From contig JANZYW010000001.1 in NCBI GenBank assembly GCA_026413325.1, positions 1,616 through 65,615 on the forward strand: a DNA stretch of 64,000 bases. The letters are read 5' to 3'. Shown here in pieces: positions 50,282 to 59,169 of this stretch (position 1 is its first letter; each line of letters begins with the position of its first letter). The notes beneath the pieces are model-generated. The model was not told the origin of the DNA and did no database searches. It saw only the letters and a program-made list of their open reading frames with translations. Made by a program: the position numbers and the translations under genes. The stretch comes from Bacteroidia bacterium. GTDB taxonomy: Bacteria; Bacteroidota; Bacteroidia; SpSt-205.

Positions 50282-51178
50282 TCAGAAGGTCCAAAGATGG
50301 TGCTCGAATTCTATCATCTGCTGCCTTCGAAGCTCCGCTTCGTTCAAAGTACGGGATTCCTCACCCGAGACCACGGTGACATACCCATAAAAGCGCCTCA
50401 ACTCGATTATTTCGCGTAAAGACCTATCTTCTGCGTCATTTGCACGATTGCGCCACTGACTATCGTCCATCACATCCATTACATCTTTGTATCGGAAGCA
50501 GACAGCGTCTTCATCTGCGAGAGCTCCCTTCGGATCGACTTGAACAAGGCAAATGTATTGCATATCATAGTACATGTCAGATCGGTTTTTATCAAAAATC
50601 CGATCCTCGATGATACGAAGCTTAGTACGGTAGTATTTGAGATAAGGGAAGCCCTGATCAGAAGAAGGAGTAGTAGCAGCGTCGGTGGTGGGGGCAGCAT
50701 CTATACCACCTCCCAGATCATCTCCTGCAAACTCATCTCCACCAAAATCATCTCCCCCAAAATCCTCTTCTCCACCGAATCCCCCTTCCTCTCCTTCCGT
50801 TCCACCAGTCTCGCCACCTGCCTCGATGCGACGAGAACGGGAATCAAACTCTTCGAAAGAAACTTGCCGGCTGAGATTCTTGGGACTATAACCTACGAAC
50901 TTTCCATCCTTGAACCCTTTTAGGAGGGCGACGATTATCCCCTCTCGATTGGCATAAGGAGATTTATCTGTAATGGGGTCCGTACTATAGTTGGTGTACA
51001 AACGGTACCCTTCTTGCCCAGACTCGATGGAGGCATTAAACTTCTCCCGAAGGTCTATGGTAAGAACGACTTTCTTTCGCCAAAAATGATCCTCTACCCT
51101 CGGAGGAAATTGTGCATAGGCGAGAGAGGTCAGTAAAAGTCCGAACAGTGTATACGTGCGATTCATTTGCATACTCAT
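50282..51178 (-). CDS. gldN: Gliding-motility/T9SS protein GldN, with a low-complexity insertion.
   Basis: Last gene of the gldK-L-M-N order. Signal peptide. About 300 aa. Called mainly by synteny. Confidence 0.65.
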   Translation of the reverse strand: MSMQMNRTYTLFGLLLTSLAYAQFPPRVEDHFWRKKVVLTIDLREKFNASIESGQEGYRLYTNYSTDPITDKSPYANREGIIVALLKGFKDGKFVGYSPKNLSRQVSFEEFDSRSRRIEAGGETGGTEGEEGGFGGEEDFGGDDFGGDEFAGDDLGGGIDAAPTTDAATTPSSDQGFPYLKYYRTKLRIIEDRIFDKNRSDMYYDMQYICLVQVDPKGALADEDAVCFRYKDVMDVMDDSQWRNRANDAEDRSLREIIELRRFYGYVTVVSGEESRTLNEAELRRQQMIEFEHHLWTF

Positions 51179-52884
51179 TTTCCGATTGTGATAGCAAAAG
51201 TTAGCTCGGTTATCGAGAAGTTCTCCTTGACCTGCTTATTCTGGAAGTTGACCCGGAACACATCGGAGAACTGTACGTAGAGAACATTTCCTGGTTGTAA
51301 TCCTCTCGAGTAGTCAGTTAGGTCGACAGCCACTGCTGGAGAGGTGGCGACCCGGCTGGAAGGAAGTGTACCGATCGTGGTGGCACCAGCCAAGCCCTTG
51401 ACTACCTTGATCTCCGGCTTTTCGATCACATAGCGAGCGTCTTCAGGTAGGGACTTCGCAAAATCATTATCGGGAACCACCTGGATCTTAACAGTTGCAG
51501 TGCGGGGCACAGGAGAAACGCCATTATACAGCTCGTTATTGACGAACACACGAAGGAAGGGACGGGGAGGAGGCACAACCTTATAATCCAGTGTACCGAG
51601 GTCTACTAACTGACCGGCTGTATTCGTTTGGACTGTCAGTCGACAGGTTTTCGCACCCCCTCTCGGAACAATCCGAAACTTTTTCTTACTCTGTTTGGAC
51701 TGGAGAACCTGGGCATTATCCGCTGTTACGCGAGGATCATACAACTCCCCTAAAGCAGGCACATCGATATTTAGGTCATTGCCACACTCAGCATAGAGGA
51801 GCTGGACAGCCGCAGAAGTTACAACAATCTCGGGCTTGACCACCTCGAAGGTTTTCCGAAGTCGAAGCTCTTGAAATGAGCCGTCCGCTTTGGGGACACG
51901 AGCAGTGATACTGTATTCCTGCTTCCCTTTTCGCTGGTTAGCAGGTATTGCACGAGCAGAAGCTGGGATGGTGAACACAGCAGAGTATCCTCCTCCTTCC
52001 AGCTTCATGTTTCCTGTCCCAGAGAAGGTGGGCTTGGCTTCAGATGAAGTCGCTGCTACGAAAACTCGAGTTTCGAAGCGCATACCCGCCACTACGATTT
52101 CAGAGCGTGGAGCATCTACCAGCACCAGGGAGTCTATCTTGAAGGTTACCTGACCAAGCTTAGACTTGAGCAAGTTGAGTATCTCCGTCTCAATGACATA
52201 CACATCATTGATGTATTTGTATAGAACGGCAAGATTCGCAACAGCGGGAGTCATATGGAAGGTAAAATACTCCCAGGTTTTCTCTTTGGATTCTTTCTCC
52301 TTGACATAAGGATTGTCCTTGGGATCCACTACGAGGCGCTGGAATCCCTTACCCGCGTTAGGAAGCCGCCCATTGGAGTGATAGGCATAAAAACGATTGG
52401 CCCAATCTACAAAGCTGTCCAAAAGCCGATGCATTTCAAGGGCCTTTCCTTCTCCACGACCCTGATTGGCAACATCATTTTTCCCCATCCAGTAGCGGTA
52501 ATTATTTTCCCGCTCGTCCAATCTTTTGAGGCGACCTGTCTCAGGGTCCTTCCCTGCGATACGCTCCTCATAAAGGGCCATGGCATACTCCCGAAGAATC
52601 CCTGTAGTACTATCGGCCTTCGCTCGAACACGATCCACTTCTGCAAGCAGAGGCTCATTTTTACGGCTACCCTGTTCAATTTCTTTTTGGATCGCAGATT
52701 TTATGCCCTGGGCGAGGTCCTGATTGTTTTTCTGAAACTGCTCGGCTGTATTTTGGAGAGAGTCTGCGAGATTTTGAAAAGCCTGAAGCACCTCAGCACT
52801 CACGTTCAGCGCAAGAAGCGCTGTGAGCACGAGGTACATCAGGTTAATCATTTTTTGACGGGGAGTAAGCTTGCCCGACGCCAT
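51175..52884 (-). CDS. gldM: Gliding-motility/T9SS protein GldM.
   Basis: N-terminus MASGKLTPRQKMINLMYLVLTALLALNVS is the GldM signature TM region. 569 aa periplasmic body. Confidence 0.85.
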   Translation of the reverse strand: MASGKLTPRQKMINLMYLVLTALLALNVSAEVLQAFQNLADSLQNTAEQFQKNNQDLAQGIKSAIQKEIEQGSRKNEPLLAEVDRVRAKADSTTGILREYAMALYEERIAGKDPETGRLKRLDERENNYRYWMGKNDVANQGRGEGKALEMHRLLDSFVDWANRFYAYHSNGRLPNAGKGFQRLVVDPKDNPYVKEKESKEKTWEYFTFHMTPAVANLAVLYKYINDVYVIETEILNLLKSKLGQVTFKIDSLVLVDAPRSEIVVAGMRFETRVFVAATSSEAKPTFSGTGNMKLEGGGYSAVFTIPASARAIPANQRKGKQEYSITARVPKADGSFQELRLRKTFEVVKPEIVVTSAAVQLLYAECGNDLNIDVPALGELYDPRVTADNAQVLQSKQSKKKFRIVPRGGAKTCRLTVQTNTAGQLVDLGTLDYKVVPPPRPFLRVFVNNELYNGVSPVPRTATVKIQVVPDNDFAKSLPEDARYVIEKPEIKVVKGLAGATTIGTLPSSRVATSPAVAVDLTDYSRGLQPGNVLYVQFSDVFRVNFQNKQVKENFSITELTFAITIGK

Positions 52885-52890
52885 ACGGAT

Positions 52891-53742
52891 CTATCGTTGA
52901 AATGCAGAGGTAATACCAGAAAGCATGCCTCCATAGACAGCATTGAGGCCACGAAGATTGGTATTGAGACCCACCAATTCTTGGCGAAGCTGCTCGGCAT
53001 CTTGGGCGGTAGCTTCGATATTGGATAGAACACGTCCCAACCCTCCATAGAAACGGCCGATAGCGGCTATATGCTTCTGCATCTCTTGTAGCTCATTCTC
53101 ATAGACGGAGTTGAGCTGGGAGATTGTGTGGGACAGTGTTTTTATTTGAGCCTGATAGCTTTGGATATCCCCGAAAGAAGCAGCGATCTTGGACATTGCG
53201 TCTGCCGTGACCGCATAGCTTTGGGAGAGCTGTTCCACACGGGAAGAAGCCTCTCGGACCTTCTCAGCAAACTCGTTCGTTGCCACGGCAGCATCCGTGA
53301 TATCGGAGAGGTTCGTCACACTCACACGAAGGCCTTCGATAGAAGAGGCTAACTGCTCCAATAAATCAGGGGTAAGACTGCTTTCTTGGAGAGACTTGAT
53401 ACCGGGGCCCAACCCAGGCATGAAACCTCCTGGACCTCCCATGCCCAAGCCTACGTCAATAGGCTCTTCTTCCTCCTCTTCTTTGAGTTGAGGAAAAACT
53501 TTAGACCAGTCCCAATGCCGCTCGTCCTCAGGCAGGGGCTCCAAGCCAGAGACGAAAAATACCGCAGCTTCCGTTCCGAGTCCCACGATGAGCATCTCAT
53601 TTGCACCAGGGAGGTGGAGAATCTTAAACAAAGCCCCGATAATCACTACAGAAGCTCCCCATGCATAGAGATACTTCATCGCAATACGATACCCCCGAGA
53701 GCGGAGGAGAGCGTCAAAAGCACCTTGATTCTTTGCAGCCAT
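52891..53742 (-). CDS. gldL: Gliding-motility/T9SS protein GldL.
   Basis: Two N-terminal TM helices (YAWGASVVIIGALFKILHLPGANEMLIVGLGTEAAVFFVSG) then a cytoplasmic coiled-coil region, located upstream of gldM. Confidence 0.8.
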   Translation of the reverse strand: MAAKNQGAFDALLRSRGYRIAMKYLYAWGASVVIIGALFKILHLPGANEMLIVGLGTEAAVFFVSGLEPLPEDERHWDWSKVFPQLKEEEEEEPIDVGLGMGGPGGFMPGLGPGIKSLQESSLTPDLLEQLASSIEGLRVSVTNLSDITDAAVATNEFAEKVREASSRVEQLSQSYAVTADAMSKIAASFGDIQSYQAQIKTLSHTISQLNSVYENELQEMQKHIAAIGRFYGGLGRVLSNIEATAQDAEQLRQELVGLNTNLRGLNAVYGGMLSGITSAFQR

Positions 53743-53774
53743 AGTTCGTAGTATTTAGTAAGGTTCGTTTCCTT

Positions 53775-54854
53775 TTAGCGCATAGCTCCGGAGCGACCAA
53801 TCACCGAGAGTACACAGCGAAAGCCGATGTGGGATTTGGTCGTATCGGCATACTCATAATCGCGAGTACCCACCGATAGGAAGTATGCCACATCATTCCA
53901 GCCACCACCTCGCACCACACGTCGGCGATTCTGCTTACGAGGGTCCCGATAAACAGGGTTGAGGTCGTGGGCATAGGCAATGGGGCCAGTTTCTTCGAAG
54001 TCATCTTCACACCATTCTGCTACATTCCCCACAGTATGGTAGAGACCATAATCGTTGGGGAAGTATGACTTTACCGGAGCAGTATATTCGAAGCCATCAG
54101 CAATATAATCGCCTCTTCCGGGCTTGAAGTTAGCCAATGGACACCCCTTGGAGTTCCGCGTGTAAGGGCCCAGCCAGGGGTATATCTTATGCTCATATCC
54201 ACCACGGGCTGCATATTCCCACTCTGCCTCGGTGGGCAGACGGAAGCGGGGGACGGGCGGAAGCTCCCGCGTAGCCCGATAGCTATTATAGAACATCGTA
54301 CGCCAGTAGCAGAAAGCTTGAGCTGCATACCAGTTCACCCCTACGAGCGGGTAATCATCAAAGGCAGGATGCCAGTAATAGTTCTCTACTAATGGCTCGT
54401 TGTAGACAAAGTTTCCAAAATCTCGATTCCACACCTGCGTGTCCGGATATACAAGTCGCAAGTACTCCTCTTGATTGTTTATCTTCTTGCCGTAGTAACG
54501 CTCCATAAAGGAAAAGACACTGTCAGCGAAGGCATTCTCAGAGCCAGCTACTACTTCATCGACAAATTGCCTGTATTCATTGTTAGATATTTCTGTGTCA
54601 TCGATATGAAAAGAACTCAATGTAATCTGACGAATGCGAGCATTCTGGGAGTAGTTCACATCCTGCTCATTATTGCCCATATGGAAGGTCCCTGCCGGGA
54701 TGGTAACCATACCATACGGAAGAGGATTGTCCCATTTCGGACGGTTTTTTACACCTGTCAGCTCACCTCGAGCTCCAGTACCACCCCCGCCGCAACCAGA
54801 AAGGGCGAAGGCACCGACCGCAATACTGAAGAATAGCTGTTTGCCTATACGCAT
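53775..54854 (-). CDS. gldK: Gliding-motility/T9SS lipoprotein GldK (FGE-sulfatase/SUMF1-like fold).
   Basis: Lipobox FALSGCGGGG. Formylglycine-generating-enzyme-like domain (RGGGWND…, GFRCV). First gene of the gldKLMN block. The ORF is open to 54893. Confidence 0.8.
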   Translation of the reverse strand: MRIGKQLFFSIAVGAFALSGCGGGGTGARGELTGVKNRPKWDNPLPYGMVTIPAGTFHMGNNEQDVNYSQNARIRQITLSSFHIDDTEISNNEYRQFVDEVVAGSENAFADSVFSFMERYYGKKINNQEEYLRLVYPDTQVWNRDFGNFVYNEPLVENYYWHPAFDDYPLVGVNWYAAQAFCYWRTMFYNSYRATRELPPVPRFRLPTEAEWEYAARGGYEHKIYPWLGPYTRNSKGCPLANFKPGRGDYIADGFEYTAPVKSYFPNDYGLYHTVGNVAEWCEDDFEETGPIAYAHDLNPVYRDPRKQNRRRVVRGGGWNDVAYFLSVGTRDYEYADTTKSHIGFRCVLSVIGRSGAMR

Positions 54855-54911
54855 AGCTTCTGATGATTGCGGCAAATATACGGCTCTTCTCATATCTGCA
54901 AACGAATTTGG

Positions 54912-55847
54912 TTATCGAAAATCTTTTTTATCCCGCACTCCGAGGTCCGGAGGGATAAGGCGAAAAGCAGGAGCCAGTGTATACACAATCACTAACTCAT
55001 GAGAGCCCGTGGTCACAGCACCCAGTCGAGAAAGGGTATAATCGTACGAATACCCCACAAAAAGCCCTTCCGTAGCCTGGAGCCCCAATAGAGCACAGAC
55101 AGCATCTCCTAAACGATAAGAGGCCCCGATCACCACTGGCTGGACCCGCAAGGCTAAGTTACCCTCCACCATATACTGAGAACGAGCTAACTTGAAGAAC
55201 ATTGAAGGGATCAGTTCCACTGTCTCAGACAAGCGAGCGGTGTAGCCCGCCGTGGCATAAAAGTGGCGAGGTACCCGACTGCGCCCTGTGGAAGTAAAAT
55301 CCTTGAGCGCAGGCTCTGTGAGATGCATAGCAGCAAGCCCCACATAGAAGCGGTCCTCCGGTAAAGTAAAGTAAAGCCCCGCTCCGACATCTGGGAGTAT
55401 CATGGAAGAGGCCCTATTAAATAGCGTAGGGTCGGGTATCTGCTCAGGTCGAAGCGAAGCCCCATCTAAAGACTTATTAATAATACCGCCCGAGACCCCT
55501 ATTTGGAGAGCCGATCCTCCTCCCCCAATCGGCAAACGAAAGGCATACGCTGCCTTGATATCCGTAGTCCGAAAAGGGCCGATTTGATCACCCAACACCT
55601 GGAGGCCTACCCCTCCACGCAAAAAAGTAACGGGGGTATGCGCATTGACCGCAAATGTGGTAGGATGCCCATCTATCCCTATCCATTGAAGGCGTCCCAA
55701 ACCCACAAACTGCCAGGCGCCTGCATAGCCAGCCGCAGCGGGATTAAGCCCGAAGCGATTGTACATGTACTGGGTAAACTGCGGATCCTGCTGGGCCCAC
55801 AAGCCAAAAACCCAGCTCCCTAATACGAGTAGCCACCGAAGCCGCAC
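54912..55847 (-). CDS. porP: Type IX secretion system membrane protein PorP/SprF family.
   Basis: N-terminal signature AQQDPQFTQYMYNRFGLNPAAAGY after the signal peptide. Beta-barrel-like body. Located immediately upstream of gldK. Confidence 0.8.
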   Translation of the reverse strand: MRLRWLLVLGSWVFGLWAQQDPQFTQYMYNRFGLNPAAAGYAGAWQFVGLGRLQWIGIDGHPTTFAVNAHTPVTFLRGGVGLQVLGDQIGPFRTTDIKAAYAFRLPIGGGGSALQIGVSGGIINKSLDGASLRPEQIPDPTLFNRASSMILPDVGAGLYFTLPEDRFYVGLAAMHLTEPALKDFTSTGRSRVPRHFYATAGYTARLSETVELIPSMFFKLARSQYMVEGNLALRVQPVVIGASYRLGDAVCALLGLQATEGLFVGYSYDYTLSRLGAVTTGSHELVIVYTLAPAFRLIPPDLGVRDKKDFR

Positions 55848-55877
55848 GGTGCAAATATAGGACTTCTTACTAAATGT

Positions 55878-56651
55878 TTAGTCTGTCGAAAGAGAAGCCT
55901 TTCGGTTCCCTTGTGTACGCAAAAAATGCGAGAGCAGTCCTAAGAGAGAGGTTATCTCCCCGCGAGGCGCATAATCTGTCACTCGAAATCCCTCCGCTTC
56001 TGCTATGCGTAGGGTATCCTGACCAAAAACCAAGATGGCTGTATCTCCCTGCTGATAGGTAGGATGGAGGTGTTTCCATGCAAGTACACTCGTCACTGAA
56101 GGAAAACACAAAACCGAAAAGCGCTTTCGTCGCAGTGCCTCTGGCAAAGGAAGATACCGAACATGATAGACCCGAACCGTCGCAACAGGGATCTGGAACT
56201 TCCCCGCCTCCGCAAAGAACTGCAAAGGTGCTACTCCTCCTCCTACGTAAAGATACCTGCTCTGCGCATGCTTCCGCATATACGGAACGAGATCATCCAA
56301 AGTCCGAGCCTGTGCATACGTACGACGACGAAGCGCACCCGGGATGTACTGAAATAAATGTTGAGCCACCGCTTCCCCCACACATAAAAACCGGCTGTCT
56401 GCAGGAATATCCAGACGCATTTCCTGCATCAAGCGAAAGAAATGATCTACTGCTTGTTTCCCAGCGAAAATATACGCATTATAATCTAACGGGCTAATCC
56501 CCTGCTCTCGAAACTCCGCCAGGCTCATCCCCTGTGTCTCTACGAGATTAGCAAAAAAGATCTCCACCTTGCGAGAACGAGCCAAGTCATAGTAGGGCGA
56601 ATCCGGAGGCTGAGGAGGGAGTGCGATAAATATATTCCGAACCCGCTTCAT
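55878..56651 (-). CDS. hemD: Uroporphyrinogen-III synthase-like protein (Bacteroidetes HemD-like family).
   Basis: The block VDHFFRLMQEMRLDIPADSRFLCVGEAVAQHLFQYI closely resembles the flavobacterial HemD-like family. Adjacent to a DUF4271-type membrane protein, as commonly seen. Confidence 0.55.
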   Translation of the reverse strand: MKRVRNIFIALPPQPPDSPYYDLARSRKVEIFFANLVETQGMSLAEFREQGISPLDYNAYIFAGKQAVDHFFRLMQEMRLDIPADSRFLCVGEAVAQHLFQYIPGALRRRTYAQARTLDDLVPYMRKHAQSRYLYVGGGVAPLQFFAEAGKFQIPVATVRVYHVRYLPLPEALRRKRFSVLCFPSVTSVLAWKHLHPTYQQGDTAILVFGQDTLRIAEAEGFRVTDYAPRGEITSLLGLLSHFLRTQGNRKASLSTD

Positions 56652-57721
56652 GTATCAAAAACAAATAGAAAAACAAAATATTCGGCAGCACAAAGGTAGG
56701 CAAAATGAGGCAAATAAAGGGCTAAGCGGACCGCTCGCAAGAGCCAGGACAGGGCTACTGAAGCTTCAAACGCCTCCGGCCAAAGAAAACGCATACAGAC
56801 CCACAGGCATACAAAAGGAAACCAACTCTGCCAAACCCACCGCATCGGTCGATCTCGAAAATAAAAGTACAGACCTTCTACAATCATCGTGCCTGCAAGG
56901 CATAAAGGACCCCCTATCACGTTGTCTTGCAGAAGCAACGCGGTCATCATAGACAGCAATAAAAGCGCTCCCAAAGTTTCTAATGGATTCACCGGCAGTG
57001 GTTGCATCAATCCCCGCCATAAGATGACCCGAAGAATCGGTATAAGCCAACTTCCTCCTGCCAGAGCAACCATCAAGAGCACAAATTCAGAAAGAGAGAG
57101 AGGCCTGACTCGACTTTCTGAGATGCTTATAGAAGCGATACAGCCTCTATACCCCTTACTCTGGAGAGCTGCTGTGACTCGTGCAGGAGGAGGAAAAGGA
57201 AAAGCCCAACACAGAAAGGGCTTGGCTAGCAAGCTTTCGACACAAAAAACCTGATCTGTCGGAATAGACGCACAAATAGAATCACAAGCAGGAAAGGTAT
57301 AGGTGGGCAGAGGCTCAGTGGGCCATGCCAGCGTATCGGAACGGGCAACAAGATATACCCCTCCACCAATACCTCCTTTTTCTCCCTTAATTCTGACTTC
57401 CGCTCTTCCCTGCCCTATAAGCGGAATCCATGCCGTAGCCTGCTTCGTACGTGCGAGCAACCTTTCTCCCTGAAACACGGAAACCAACCCCACCTGCCCC
57501 TCTATGTAAAGAACGGCTCCGGATGGAAAATCAACAAGTCGAAGAAGCTCCCATTCTGACTCCATCCAAAAAGGAATCACTGGCCCTTGCCAGCCTCGAC
57601 TCAGCTCTGCAATGACCCTATACCCCACCCGAAGAGACTCGGGAGGAAGATACGCAACTGGAGAAACCACGCTCTGCGCCCAGAGCCCGTAGATTTGTAG
57701 CAATATGCCCCAGCTGCGCAT
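56648..57721 (-). CDS. DUF4271-like membrane protein (soluble N-terminal domain plus C-terminal multi-TM region).
   Basis: C-terminal half has multiple hydrophobic helices. Conserved neighbour of hemD-like genes in Bacteroidetes. Start uncertain (the ORF is open to 57787 and would overlap ispF). Confidence 0.4.
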   Translation of the reverse strand: MRSWGILLQIYGLWAQSVVSPVAYLPPESLRVGYRVIAELSRGWQGPVIPFWMESEWELLRLVDFPSGAVLYIEGQVGLVSVFQGERLLARTKQATAWIPLIGQGRAEVRIKGEKGGIGGGVYLVARSDTLAWPTEPLPTYTFPACDSICASIPTDQVFCVESLLAKPFLCWAFPFPPPARVTAALQSKGYRGCIASISISESRVRPLSLSEFVLLMVALAGGSWLIPILRVILWRGLMQPLPVNPLETLGALLLLSMMTALLLQDNVIGGPLCLAGTMIVEGLYFYFRDRPMRWVWQSWFPFVCLWVCMRFLWPEAFEASVALSWLLRAVRLALYLPHFAYLCAAEYFVFLFVFDT

Positions 57722-58196
57722 TGGATTAGGGTATGATGTCCACAAATTTACCGAGGGAAAGCCCCTTCGTTTAGGGGGAATAACCATCCCACACGAAAAA
57801 GGGTTAGAAGGTCATTCTGACGCCGATGTTCTACTCCATGCCATATGTGACGCCTTGCTGGGAGCCGCTGGCTTGCCAGATATTGGATACTTTTTCCCTC
57901 CCTCAGACCCCGCTTACAAAGGCATAGACTCTCGAGAGCTGCTTAGAGAGGTAAAATCTCATATAGACCAAGCCGGATGGCACATTGTCAACATAGACAC
58001 GGTGCTTATCGCTCAGAAACCTCGACTAAGTGCGTTCTATACACCTATACGAGAGGAGATAGGGCGCATTCTCGGTATTGAATCAGAAAGAATCGGGTTG
58101 AAATCGACCACCCCAGAAAGAATGGGAGCTTTAGGACGGGAAGAAGGGATAGCCGCCTATGCAGTAGCATTATTGGAGCGCACCTCTCTCCAGTAG
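57705..58196 (+). CDS. ispF: 2-C-methyl-D-erythritol 2,4-cyclodiphosphate synthase.
   Basis: RIGLGYDVHKF…GHSDADVLLHAICDALLGAAGLPDIGYFFPPSDP are the IspF metal and substrate motifs. 163 aa. Confidence 0.9.
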   Translation: MPQLRIGLGYDVHKFTEGKPLRLGGITIPHEKGLEGHSDADVLLHAICDALLGAAGLPDIGYFFPPSDPAYKGIDSRELLREVKSHIDQAGWHIVNIDTVLIAQKPRLSAFYTPIREEIGRILGIESERIGLKSTTPERMGALGREEGIAAYAVALLERTSLQ

Positions 58197-59134
58197 GCCT
58201 CTACTTCCCTGGAAAAGCGCTCCAAAAAGCCGGCTTTCCCCCAATCTGCCTTCTCTTGGTCAGACCATACACTGGGGAAAAACTGGATGAGCTGATGGTG
58301 AGGGGGGAGATACTGCTGCCAGTTGGTGCCTCCCGTAGAAGGAATGGCCCCTTCTCCTCGCCTGAGATAATAGGCTGCCGTACGCAGGTGAACCAATCGC
58401 CAGTGGATATTGACTTGAACGTCCACCTCTCGAAACGCTTGTATGAGGGCATCTGTCACCTGCCCTCGAGTAAGAGCCTCTTCTAAGCGACAGTTCAAGT
58501 TACAATCCCGCCACTGGTGAGCGAGCCGGCGGAGGTACTCATCGTACTTCTGCTCAAAAAGCCTAAGCGTCAACGTCTTTTCTCCCGTGCGACTATCGAG
58601 GTTGCCAAACTTCCAGTAGATCGATTCATATAACTCGTCTGCGTTATCGGTACGCAAATCCCGCTTGTGAGGAGCTAATAACTGGCGAAGACCAGTGCTC
58701 ATGAGCTCTATCTCCCGAAATTGTACCGACTGGAAGCCACTTGCAGGTAAAAGTGCCGTACGGAAACGAAGAAAATTCTCCGAATCCATCCCAAAAAGCA
58801 TGATCTCAAAACTATGCGTAAGGTGCCGGAAATAACTCTCTATTCTGCGCAGGCGCTTTAGAATAGCACTCTCCTCTTGCCAGCTTTCTTTGGATAAGAG
58901 GTTCAGCTCTACCTTGATGAGTTTGAAGTAAAGCTCAGTTATCTGATGATAAACAATGAAAATGAGCTCATCCGGGAAATCTGTACGAGGCTTTTGGAGA
59001 GTCAGGAGTGTGTCTACCTCTATATAGTCCCAGTAGGTGAGAGAACGACTATACAGGAGGCCCTCGAGATAAGTCTCCATATCTTGTCCGAGGAGACGGT
59101 ATTTCCTGCGCAGAGCATCTAACTTATCTTGCAT
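58157..59134 (-). CDS. kynA: Tryptophan 2,3-dioxygenase.
   Basis: YWDYIEVDTLLTLQKP…DELIFIVYHQITELYFKL matches the TDO N-terminal helices and haem pocket. Confidence 0.75.
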   Translation of the reverse strand: MQDKLDALRRKYRLLGQDMETYLEGLLYSRSLTYWDYIEVDTLLTLQKPRTDFPDELIFIVYHQITELYFKLIKVELNLLSKESWQEESAILKRLRRIESYFRHLTHSFEIMLFGMDSENFLRFRTALLPASGFQSVQFREIELMSTGLRQLLAPHKRDLRTDNADELYESIYWKFGNLDSRTGEKTLTLRLFEQKYDEYLRRLAHQWRDCNLNCRLEEALTRGQVTDALIQAFREVDVQVNIHWRLVHLRTAAYYLRRGEGAIPSTGGTNWQQYLPPHHQLIQFFPSVWSDQEKADWGKAGFLERFSREVEAYWREVRSNNATA

Positions 59135-59169
59135 AAAACGAATATAGAAAGAAAAACTTTCGAGCGTAA

